Part shown: piece by piece, positions 1-7,463 of the stretch
Layout: every line of letters begins with the position of its first letter
Numbering within the stretch: the first letter of the stretch is position 1
Source of the DNA: an archaeon
GTDB lineage: Archaea > Iainarchaeota > Iainarchaeia > Iainarchaeales > JAAZKV01
Assembly (NCBI GenBank): GCA_036170245.1
Contig: JAVHOV010000025.1
Span: 10,425-34,424, forward strand
DNA: 24,000 nt
Direction of reading: 5' to 3'
Made by a program: the position numbers and the translations under genes
Notes under the pieces: model-generated
The model's input: the letters and a program-made list of their open reading frames with translations, nothing else
What the model was told of the DNA's origin: nothing
Databases searched by the model: none

Positions 1-263
1 TCAACAAATGCAGTTCCGCCAATAAGGTCAGTTTCTTTTCCACGGTTGCACTTAATTATTACTTTATTTTCCTTGAACAAAACAACTTTTGGATTTATTT
101 CTGCGAGGCCTTTTGAGCCAAAGAAAGAAAGTAACTCTATCCAAAAGCCAAAGTAAAAATCTTTTTCACTCACTTCAGCGTTTAATATTTCAAACAAAAC
201 GTAACGCTTTCTTTCTCTCTTTGAAAGCGGAACAGTGGATTTCTTTACTTTAACAATATTCAT
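1..263 (-). CDS. rnp2: RNase P protein component 2 (Pop5/Rnp2 family), N-terminal part only; the ORF runs off the left window edge
   Basis: Not in the supplied ORF track. Hand translation from the ATG at 263-261 on the minus strand gives MNIVKVKKSTVPLSKRERKRYVLFEILNAEVSEKDFYFGFW..., with no stop before position 1. 'VPLSKRERKRYVLFEIL' matches the Pop5 N-terminal hallmark (LPPxLRxKxRYIxFEV). It lies 41 nt downstream of the Rpp30-like gene, as in the archaeal L15e-Rpp30-Pop5 cluster. Confidence 0.65.
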   Translation of the reverse strand, partial: MNIVKVKKSTVPLSKRERKRYVLFEILNAEVSEKDFYFGFWIELLSFFGSKGLAEINPKVVLFKENKVIIKCNRGKETDLIGGTAFV

Positions 264-304
264 AAACACCACAAAATCATTTTCAATTCACACACAAAAT
301 TATT

Positions 305-868
305 TTACTTTAATTCCTGTTCAATTGAACTATTTGCTAAATCTTTTGGGTATCCAAGCATTTGTGCCAAATCAATTCTAACCACTTTTGGCCTAACATG
401 CAATGGATCTTTACAGCCAGAAGCCACAATAAATTTAGTTTTTTTGATTTTACAGTACTTTGCAACTTCCAAATAATTTTTCCAATACAAATGCCTCTCA
501 AAGGAATTTAGTTTCATAAATTCTTCAAACATTAAAACAACAGTAGTATTATTGTCAACAAGTTTTTTTGCTAAAGACAAGTCAAAGAACTGTTTTGAAT
601 TAGAAGGAGATAATAAAAAATCTGCTTTGATTTTTACAGCGAGTTCATTAGCTTTAATTGAACCGCCAACTACTGCACGCAATTTTCCTTTTAATTTTTG
701 AATATCATTGTCGGTTGTAGATTCAGTAATTAAATAACAAGGAAAAAGAGTGTTTAGTTTAGCTACTTTTTCGTCTTTCTCATTTTTTACAAGGACAATA
801 GTAGGCTCCTTGAAGTATACAGACATTTGCAGCAGCTCTTTGAGCGGCTGAGTATAAACTAAATCCAT
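305..868 (-). CDS. rnp3: RNase P protein component 3 (Rpp30/Rnp3 family, PHP-like barrel)
   Basis: 187-aa ORF. 'RAVVGGSIKANELAVKIKADFLLSP' and 'YLEVAKYCKIKKTKFIVASGCKDPLHVRPKVVRIDLAQMLG' resemble conserved Rpp30 segments (ggd..nR.A.....vDiL..P and vvisSgA....lR.P.d......lG). Its position between L15e and Pop5 supports the call. Confidence 0.55.
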   Translation of the reverse strand: MDLVYTQPLKELLQMSVYFKEPTIVLVKNEKDEKVAKLNTLFPCYLITESTTDNDIQKLKGKLRAVVGGSIKANELAVKIKADFLLSPSNSKQFFDLSLAKKLVDNNTTVVLMFEEFMKLNSFERHLYWKNYLEVAKYCKIKKTKFIVASGCKDPLHVRPKVVRIDLAQMLGYPKDLANSSIEQELK

Positions 869-921
869 AAAGATAAAAAATTACTGCACTTTGTGCAGCA
901 ATTAATTTCAAATTATTATAT

Positions 922-1515
922 TCAACCGAAGTGTCTATCAAGAGCTTTCTTTGCCCTGATTTTTCTCTGGTTCTTCTTGTTGAATTCCTTGTTCACTCCA
1001 CCAGCGAAAGTCTTTCCTCTTTCTGCTCTTCCTTGGTGTCCGTGTGCCAAGAACTTCAAGTTCTTATCATTAATTATAGTTGAAGCAGTTCTGTCAGCCA
1101 TTACAACTTCGAAGTAATGCCACTTACCATCTTCAGCAATCTTGTAGGAACCAATAGCTTCAGCGTTTTCAAAGTGCTTTGAAGCTTTCTGTTCAGCCAT
1201 TGCTTGAGTATTAATTTTTCTTGATAATTTAGCTTGTCCTTGTCTCTTTGGTCTTCTTTTATTCCTTGGTCTGTGGTGAGTTCCAGTTCCTTTTCTCACT
1301 CTTGCTCTAACAACAAAAATACCCTGTTTAGCTTTGTAACCAACAGTTCTTGCAGCAACTAAATTAGTTGGGTGTTCAACCTTAACAACTGCTTTTTCTT
1401 CGTTTCTGAATTCAATTCCTCTTTTTCGCATTAAACCTGCGTAATCGTAATTTGAATCTTTTGTTCCTTTCCATTCGTTTTGAAAAGCTGCTTTGATATA
1501 TTTAGATGCACCCAT
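922..1515 (-). CDS. rpl15e: 50S ribosomal protein L15e (eL15)
   Basis: 197 aa. The N-terminus MGASKYIKAAFQNEW and the basic core VVRARVRKGTGTHHRPRNKRRPKRQG are typical of eL15. A GGTGA Shine-Dalgarno lies 7 nt upstream of the ATG on the minus strand (1523-1527). Confidence 0.9.
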   Translation of the reverse strand: MGASKYIKAAFQNEWKGTKDSNYDYAGLMRKRGIEFRNEEKAVVKVEHPTNLVAARTVGYKAKQGIFVVRARVRKGTGTHHRPRNKRRPKRQGQAKLSRKINTQAMAEQKASKHFENAEAIGSYKIAEDGKWHYFEVVMADRTASTIINDKNLKFLAHGHQGRAERGKTFAGGVNKEFNKKNQRKIRAKKALDRHFG

Positions 1516-1557
1516 TATTTATTCACCAAGTCAATAAGTGAAATTTCCGAAAAAGCA

Positions 1558-1565
1558 TTTATAAA
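1558..1565 (-). promoter_or_regulatory. Candidate TATA box (palindromic TTTATAAA) for the L15e-Rpp30-Pop5 transcription unit
   Basis: TTTATAAA lies 43-50 nt upstream of the rpl15e ATG, in the divergent spacer 1516-1678. The spacing leaves room for a short leader containing the GGTGA SD. Confidence 0.35.
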
Positions 1566-1678
1566 GCTAACTACAAGGCCCTTTTTTTGACTAAACTAGC
1601 AAAAACAATTTTTCAACCCCACCTCTTGCTTTTTGGCTCTTTCACTAAAACTTAAAGCTTTACGCTAAGGTATTCTTT

Positions 1679-2743
1679 ATGCAAAAAATGGGAAAAAAGG
1701 ATCCTTTAATGTGCGAACAGTGCGGGGCAAAAACCGCAATCACTTTGCCATACGGACCGCATTACTTCTGCGAGAGACACTTTACAAAATTCTTTGAAGA
1801 CAGGTTCAGAAAAACAATTAGAAAGTACAAGCTCTTTAAGCCAAAAGAACGAATACTAATCGCACTTAGCGGAGGAAAAGATTCCTGCGTTTTACTTCAC
1901 TTGCTTTCAAAGTACTATTCAAAAAGCAATTACCTTGAAGCACTAATAATTGATGAAGGCGTAAAAGGATACAGAGAAAATGCAATTGAAATTGCAAAAA
2001 AGAATTGCGAAGAACGAAAAATAAAATACACAATTGTCAAGTTCAAAAAAGAATTTGGAATAACTAACGACAAATTAATGCCATTAATTTTGTCAAACCC
2101 AAAAATGGGCGGAACCTGCGCATTTTGCGGAACACTAAGAAGAAATATCATGAACAAATATTCCAAAAAACTAAAGATGGATAAACTTGTTACCGGACAC
2201 AACTTGGATGACGAAGTACAGAGTTTTGTAATGAATGTTTTCAACAATGATTTTGAAAGATTGAAGAGAATGAATGCAACAAGTGGAATAATTGATTATG
2301 AAGGATTTGTAAAAAGAATAAAACCACTATACGAAACTCCTGAAAAAGAAATTATTGCATACGCTGCGATGAATAATATTAAACATTACTCCCAAGAATG
2401 CTGTCCCTACTCATGGACTGCAAAAAGAAATGAATACAGAGAAATGATTAATAATTTTGAAAACCGGTTTCCTGGAACAGAATATTCTATTTTAAGATTC
2501 TTCGAAAATCTAAAACCATTATTAAAACCAAAAAAAGAAATGAAGCAAAAAATGTCAAACGCACTTCACGAATGCAAAAAATGCAAAGAACCAACTGAAA
2601 AAGAATTATGCAAGGCATGCGAAATGATTCAAAAAATTAAGGAAGAAGAGAAAATTATGAAAAATAACAAAGGACAAAAAGATTTGTCTCATTTAGACAA
2701 ATATAATAAAAAATTAACTTGCTCTTCTACAAAAGGAAACTAA
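1679..2743 (+). CDS. PP-loop tRNA 2-thiolation ATPase, TtuA/NcsA (Ncs6/Ctu1) family
   Basis: PP-loop 'ALSGGKDSCVLLHLL'. N-terminal zinc knuckle 'CEQCG...FCERH'. Cys triad 'CAFCG' plus 'CCPY' (Fe-S ligands in this family). C-terminal zinc ribbon 'CKKCKEP...CKAC', followed by a roughly 40-aa Lys-rich tail. Confidence 0.8.
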   Translation: MQKMGKKDPLMCEQCGAKTAITLPYGPHYFCERHFTKFFEDRFRKTIRKYKLFKPKERILIALSGGKDSCVLLHLLSKYYSKSNYLEALIIDEGVKGYRENAIEIAKKNCEERKIKYTIVKFKKEFGITNDKLMPLILSNPKMGGTCAFCGTLRRNIMNKYSKKLKMDKLVTGHNLDDEVQSFVMNVFNNDFERLKRMNATSGIIDYEGFVKRIKPLYETPEKEIIAYAAMNNIKHYSQECCPYSWTAKRNEYREMINNFENRFPGTEYSILRFFENLKPLLKPKKEMKQKMSNALHECKKCKEPTEKELCKACEMIQKIKEEEKIMKNNKGQKDLSHLDKYNKKLTCSSTKGN

Positions 2744-2789
2744 ATTTTCACATTAGAAAGTATAAAAAACAGTTAAACTTCTTAATAGA

Positions 2790-3383
2790 ATGTCCTCTAA
2801 AGAAGAAAAAATAAAAGATATAATTTTAAAAGGCCAAATAAATTCAAAAAAAGATTTCTACCTTCTTTATAATAAAGGACTATTTGGAAACAGGCCGCTG
2901 TGCTGGGACACTTATGAAGAACTCTTAAAAAGTTCTTGGAGAAATCCAGTCTGCATACGTTCAACAAAAGGAACTGCAAGAAGCAACACACGATTCGATG
3001 TCCCTTTCTTGGAGCTTGAAAAAGAACTGGAAGATTTGAGAAACAAGGGGGTAAAGAATAATGAAATGAGTTTTAACCAAAGCATGCCTAATGACAAAAT
3101 ACTAATTCAGGCAGAAATCAAAAGAACATCTAAAGGATTATATTTGCTTTACAGCACAGTAAAAAAACCAATGAACTTAGCATTCAAAGAAGAAATAAAA
3201 CATGCATTCGGACTTGAAGCACTTTTAATTTTAGAAACATATCTTTACCCGCAGAGCTATTCGGATATAATGAACCTCTTTGAAATGTTTCCTGAATCAG
3301 TAATAGAATTTGGCACATACTCGGTATATGTAGGGGATTTGCCAGGGCGAAACACAATAATTTGGGAAGTAAGAAACTACTAA
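2790..3383 (+). CDS. Hypothetical globular protein (197 aa), no family recognised
   Basis: Clean ORF with non-repetitive, globular-looking composition (W/Y/F/P-containing segments such as 'GNRPLCWDTYEELL' and 'GRNTIIWEVRNY' at the C-terminus). Only short junk ORFs lie antisense to it. No catalytic motif could be assigned with confidence. Confidence 0.6.
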   Translation: MSSKEEKIKDIILKGQINSKKDFYLLYNKGLFGNRPLCWDTYEELLKSSWRNPVCIRSTKGTARSNTRFDVPFLELEKELEDLRNKGVKNNEMSFNQSMPNDKILIQAEIKRTSKGLYLLYSTVKKPMNLAFKEEIKHAFGLEALLILETYLYPQSYSDIMNLFEMFPESVIEFGTYSVYVGDLPGRNTIIWEVRNY

Positions 3384-3420
3384 AAAAATAATCAACTATT
3401 TTTGAAAAAAAGAATTTTAA

Positions 3421-5118
3421 TCAGTTTTTGTTTAATATGTTATCCATTATTTGGGTAAATTGTTTTTCAAATTTAGTTAATTCTTCCATTTTTGCATCAA
3501 TTGCAAGAGTCTTTTCTTCAAGAGTGTTTTGAGCAAATTCATTCTTTTTATTTAATTCCTCAATAGCAGAATTTATTTGAGACAAATTTGTCTGCATATT
3601 GTTGATAAACTCCTGCTTGAATTTTTCAATAGTCTGAATCTTTTGATCAAGCATTTCAGGAGAAATCTTTTTGCTTGCAGATTGAAGTCTGTTTAATTCA
3701 ACTTCCATTTTTTCAATCAATTCATCAGCTCTGCTAATTGTCAATTGTTCAATCTTTTGCTCAGCAGTAGCAAGCATCCCTTCTGCAATATTTTTCTCAA
3801 GCTCCAAAGTCTTATTTACCCTCTCGTCCATCTGTGCAAGCTGTAAAGATGCAGAATCAATAAAAGCCTGCGCCTGAGATTTTGTTTTAATCATTTCAGA
3901 ATTAACTTCAACAATTAATTGTGCTTTAGTTTTCTTAGCTTCACTTAATGCAAGATTAATTCCAGCAGTAGCATTATCCTGCTGCTTTTTTGCCTCATTA
4001 AAAGCATTCAATGTATCAATCAACTGTTTATTGTACTGCTTAAGTTCCGCAATTTTTGCATCAATAATAAAAGTAATCTCCTTTTGTTTTGCATCAAGTG
4101 CTTCCTTGTTGCTTGAAATCAACAAATCTTTCTGCGAATCATTTAACACTTTGAACTGATACAGTTCCTTTCTTACAGCTTCATCAACTTTCTGGCTGAT
4201 TTCCAAATCTATATCATCCTTAAGCTGCTTCATTTCACCAAGCTTTGCATTAACTGCTACAACAATTCCTTTCTTCCAAAGCTCTTCAAAATCAGGCGAA
4301 GAATCAAGTGAAACAGAAGGAACATGTTTTTTTGAAGAAGAAAAATCTTTAGAAATTGGATTTAAATTATTTAAAGGAGAAGCCTGTGGTTTATTTTGCA
4401 CATTAGGATTTGCTGCAGAAGGCATTGCTTTTGAATACATATTATAATTTCCACTAATAACTTTTTCTTGAGGAATTTCTTTTTTTGCACTTGCAAGAGT
4501 CTGCTTCACTTTATTTTCAAATTCATCCTCACTCTCTTCATCATTAAGATTAGGGGTTCTAACTGATTTAGGATTATTCAAAGCTTCTGATTCGGCTTCA
4601 TTCAACGACTCTTCAATTTCCCCTGTTGTATCTTCTTTAAGTTCCTCACCAACTTCTTGTGGATTAGATTGCCTTGCAACATCTCGAATTATTCTTCCAG
4701 CAACATCTTCATTTTGAATGGAGTCAGATTTACTATTTTGATTTATATTATTTTTTTGTTTATCAAAAGGAATTTGGGAAATAACTTCATCATTCATACT
4801 CAATTTTGTCACAGTTTCATCAAAAACTTGTTTTGAAGATTTTTGATTCAGATTCTTATTTTGAACAATGGGGGAAACAACTTGAACTGAAGGAGTTTCA
4901 GGGGAAGAAGAAACATTTTTTTGAGGAGTTGCCCCAACTGTAAAAGTCCCCTGGACTTCATTTGAAACTGGCTTTATTCCTTTTGCTTCAATAATTAAAC
5001 CAGTTGCTTCAGCTTTACTGATTCCAACATCAAAAAGATTTTCTGCAATTTCATTATCGGAAACATTAAGCGCAAGCAGCTTTTGGATTGATTCAATTAC
5101 TGACTGGCGTTTGTCCAT
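3421..5118 (-). CDS. Long coiled-coil protein with a small N-terminal helical domain, an N/S/P/Q/E-rich linker and a roughly 285-aa coiled-coil C-terminal half
   Basis: The track start at 5127 is GTG; the first ATG is at 5118 (MDKRQSVIESIQKLLALNVSDNEIAENLFDVGISKAEATGLIIEAKG). Residues about 50-280 are low complexity. From 'FEELWKKG' to the end the sequence is a continuous heptad-like run rich in K/E/Q/L/I/A (for example AKIAELKQYNKQLIDTLNAFNEAKKQQ and IEKMEVELNRLQSASKK). Confidence 0.7.
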   Translation of the reverse strand: MDKRQSVIESIQKLLALNVSDNEIAENLFDVGISKAEATGLIIEAKGIKPVSNEVQGTFTVGATPQKNVSSSPETPSVQVVSPIVQNKNLNQKSSKQVFDETVTKLSMNDEVISQIPFDKQKNNINQNSKSDSIQNEDVAGRIIRDVARQSNPQEVGEELKEDTTGEIEESLNEAESEALNNPKSVRTPNLNDEESEDEFENKVKQTLASAKKEIPQEKVISGNYNMYSKAMPSAANPNVQNKPQASPLNNLNPISKDFSSSKKHVPSVSLDSSPDFEELWKKGIVVAVNAKLGEMKQLKDDIDLEISQKVDEAVRKELYQFKVLNDSQKDLLISSNKEALDAKQKEITFIIDAKIAELKQYNKQLIDTLNAFNEAKKQQDNATAGINLALSEAKKTKAQLIVEVNSEMIKTKSQAQAFIDSASLQLAQMDERVNKTLELEKNIAEGMLATAEQKIEQLTISRADELIEKMEVELNRLQSASKKISPEMLDQKIQTIEKFKQEFINNMQTNLSQINSAIEELNKKNEFAQNTLEEKTLAIDAKMEELTKFEKQFTQIMDNILNKN

Positions 5119-5269
5119 AAAAATCACAAATTATTGTATAACTCAACAGGTATTTTGTTTTTTCTTGAATAAAAAGGTTTTTGTTAAAAGAAAATGACAA
5201 ATTAATTTTGTTAAAAGTGAAGAAGGCCATTAAAAGCCTTGCTTCAAATTAACTCAAAATCAAATATAT

Positions 5270-5488
5270 TCAAGGAGAAACTAATATTACGCTGTCCCCT
5301 CTGACTAGAACTCTACCGTATTTAGTCTTAATTTCACCATCAACCAACTGTGAGGCGTTCTCCAAGTGAAGATTCATATGAATATCAAAAGCCTTCAATA
5401 CCCCTCTCACCTGATTGTTTCCCTTCAAAACAACCAAAACTTCTTTATTTACCGCATCGTTCAAAAGATCAAACGGTCTATTGCTCAT
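5270..5488 (-). CDS. lsm: Sm-like archaeal protein (SmAP/LSm)
   Basis: 72 aa with the Sm1 motif 'VLVVLKGNNQVRGVLKAFDIHMNLHLENA' and the Sm2 motif 'GRVLVRGDSVILVSP'. Confidence 0.9.
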   Translation of the reverse strand: MSNRPFDLLNDAVNKEVLVVLKGNNQVRGVLKAFDIHMNLHLENASQLVDGEIKTKYGRVLVRGDSVILVSP

Positions 5489-5500
5489 AAAAACACCTCA
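5489..5500 (-). promoter_or_regulatory. Shine-Dalgarno overlapping the minD stop codon (translational coupling signal for lsm)
   Basis: The minus strand reads TGAGGTGTTTTTATG. TGA is the minD stop, GAGGTG is the SD, and a 5-nt spacer precedes the lsm ATG at 5488. Confidence 0.45.
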
Positions 5501-6283
5501 TTTCTTTTTGAAGAATGAAAATAATTTCTCCAAAAAACCAACTTTTTTCACTTGCACATTCTCAGGTGCTTTAATTCCAGTAAGTCTGGATGCAACTTTT
5601 GTAATTTCTTCAGAAGCAGGTGAAGAAGGTTTTCTCACAATAACAGGAGAAACTTTTTCCTGCATAAAACTTTTTCTAACTTCAGGATCATAAGGAACGT
5701 TACCGTAAACAGGAAGTTCAAGCATATTTGAAATATCATTTTTAGTGATTTCTCCCTTTTCACTCATTACAAAATTAATCACTACTCCAATAACTTTTGA
5801 GTTCAATCTTTGAGCAACAATTTTTGTCTTCAATGCATCTGCAATTGCAGGAGAAGTAGGCATTGTAACAAGCAAAGTTTCTTGGGATGCACTCAGTGCA
5901 GAAAGAACATTTTTTTCTATTCCTGCTGCAACATCAAGCAAAATGTAATCATACTGTTCAGTTAATTCAGAAACAATTGTCGTAAGTCGCTCACTATCAA
6001 CTCTCTTATAATTATCAAGACTTAAACCTGAAGGAATAAATCTAACTCCCTCCGGACCATCATAAATAGCATCCTGTACTTGTGCTTCACCCAATAATAC
6101 ATCATGAAGTGTAATTGGAGACGACTGCATTCCTAAAATCAAAGATAAGTTTGCCATTGCAACATCAGCATCAATTAACAAAACTTTCTGGCCAAGTTTT
6201 GAGAGAGCAATTCCTAAATTAGCAGTAATAGTTGTTTTTCCTGTGCCCCCTTTTCCTGAAGCAATTGCAATTACTCTACCCAT
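5498..6283 (-). CDS. minD: MinD/ParA-family deviant Walker A ATPase with a C-terminal amphipathic helix
   Basis: Deviant Walker A 'IASGKGGTGKTT', 'VLLIDADVAMANLSLILG', and Walker B 'YILLDVAAG'. The C-terminus 'VKKVGFLEKLFSFFKKK' resembles a bacterial MinD membrane-targeting sequence. Confidence 0.85.
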   Translation of the reverse strand: MGRVIAIASGKGGTGKTTITANLGIALSKLGQKVLLIDADVAMANLSLILGMQSSPITLHDVLLGEAQVQDAIYDGPEGVRFIPSGLSLDNYKRVDSERLTTIVSELTEQYDYILLDVAAGIEKNVLSALSASQETLLVTMPTSPAIADALKTKIVAQRLNSKVIGVVINFVMSEKGEITKNDISNMLELPVYGNVPYDPEVRKSFMQEKVSPVIVRKPSSPASEEITKVASRLTGIKAPENVQVKKVGFLEKLFSFFKKK

Positions 6284-6407
6284 AAAAAAACCTTCAAAAT
6301 AACAAAATAATAAACTTTAAACAAAATAAAAAGCTACTCATTCAAGGCAAAAAATAAAAAACCTCTAAAAAAACACCTTTTTCTTATAAAAAACCAAAAA
6401 AAATAAT

Positions 6408-6884
6408 TTAAGCCATTTGAGGAATTCTCTTCTTTTCCCCTTGCTTGTTTATTTGAAGCAAAGACTCAAGTTCAATTGAAAGAGCACGTAATTCCAAGTT
6501 AGACAATTCCGAACCTGCTTTAACAATAAAAACTTTTTTATTCAAAGGGAAAAGCATAAACCACCCATCATTTCTTTTAATCAAAACAGATTCTGAATCA
6601 GGCAATTCGCTTTTAATATAAGACAACATTGCAGTACCCATTATTCCTTCAGTGTGACCATTTCCTTCACTTGAAACAACAATGCTCCCGTCAAGATTAG
6701 TCACTAAAAAAGAATCAACCAAATGCTTTCTTTTTAGAATCATTAAATTCTCTTCAAAATTCTGAGAATAAACATATTTGTGCTTTGAAAGAAAATCCTT
6801 TAAAAACTCAATTTGAACTATAGGCCGAGCAGTATCGTCATCTAAAACGCCACGCGCAAAATTCTTAAGCAATTTAAATACCAT
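6408..6884 (-). CDS. Roadblock/LC7 (MglB)-like domain protein
   Basis: The track start at 6905 is TTG. The ATG at 6884 (MVFKLLKNF...) is preceded by GGAGTCGGAGTAAAAATG, with a GGAG SD 5 nt upstream. The core 'VDSFLVTNLDGSIVVSSEGN..EGIMGTAMLSYIK....SVLIKRNDGWFMLFPLNKKVFIVKAGSELS' follows the Roadblock pattern (v.g.llvd.dG..ia......aa..a........i....g......g....lvv). This is pattern recognition only. Confidence 0.5.
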   Translation of the reverse strand: MVFKLLKNFARGVLDDDTARPIVQIEFLKDFLSKHKYVYSQNFEENLMILKRKHLVDSFLVTNLDGSIVVSSEGNGHTEGIMGTAMLSYIKSELPDSESVLIKRNDGWFMLFPLNKKVFIVKAGSELSNLELRALSIELESLLQINKQGEKKRIPQMA

Positions 6885-6921
6885 TTTTACTCCGACTCCA
6901 GGCAATTTTTATAAATTTAAA

Positions 6922-7377
6922 TTATTTTAACTCGCTTAATCCGTACGCCTCAAGCGCACTCTTTTCACTAATCGGCTTCTCAAACTTCACCGAAAACACA
7001 CTTGGAAGAATCTTTGGAAGCTCTTTTAAATCTATTTTATTAACCAAAAGTTTCTCGTCAAAAGCAGTCACTAAATCAACTTGAGACCGAGTTAAACTAA
7101 CAATGTGAAAAAATCCTCTTCCCTTTGTCTGATTAAAAAAAAATTCTAAAGCTTCATTTCCTTTCAAAGTTCGTTCAGCCGCCAAACACTCCACAATGCA
7201 TGCAGTTATCTCTCCGCCCTTAAAAAAAATTGCTCCTTCTTCAACAAAATGCCCTTTCACTGAAAGAACCAAATAACCATTGAATGACTTAGACAAGAAG
7301 TCCTGAGCTTTAAGCAAAAAATCAAAAGGAACAGTTCCCTTGCTATTAACTTCACCAACAGGAAAATTCAAAACCAT
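6922..7377 (-). CDS. DUF4388/PATAN-like (or DUF2226-like) domain protein
   Basis: The track start at 7380 is TTG and the adjacent ATG is at 7377. 'GTVPFDFLLKAQDFLSKSFNGYLVLSVKG..EEGAIFFKGGEITACIVEC....LKGNEALEFFFNQTKGRGFFHIV' follows the DUF4388 pattern (G.L..f.l.dllq.l....tG.L.l......g.i.f..G.i..A......G..Al..l..w..G.F.f). This is pattern recognition only. Confidence 0.4.
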   Translation of the reverse strand: MVLNFPVGEVNSKGTVPFDFLLKAQDFLSKSFNGYLVLSVKGHFVEEGAIFFKGGEITACIVECLAAERTLKGNEALEFFFNQTKGRGFFHIVSLTRSQVDLVTAFDEKLLVNKIDLKELPKILPSVFSVKFEKPISEKSALEAYGLSELK

Positions 7378-7463
7378 CAACCCTATGACTAAATAAGAAA
7401 ATAACTAGTACTTAAAAATTACCTTGAATGTTTTTTGGACAAAAATTAGAAGAAACAAACAAT

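Noticed and set aside
2790-3383. Possible ADP-ribosyltransferase R-S-E triad or PD-(D/E)xK nuclease motif ('NDKILIQAEIK') in the 197-aa orphan
   Set aside because: The motif spacings do not fit. The S-to-QxE distance is about 10 aa instead of about 40-60, and D and ExK lie only 6 residues apart in what reads as one continuous strand. These are probably chance matches.
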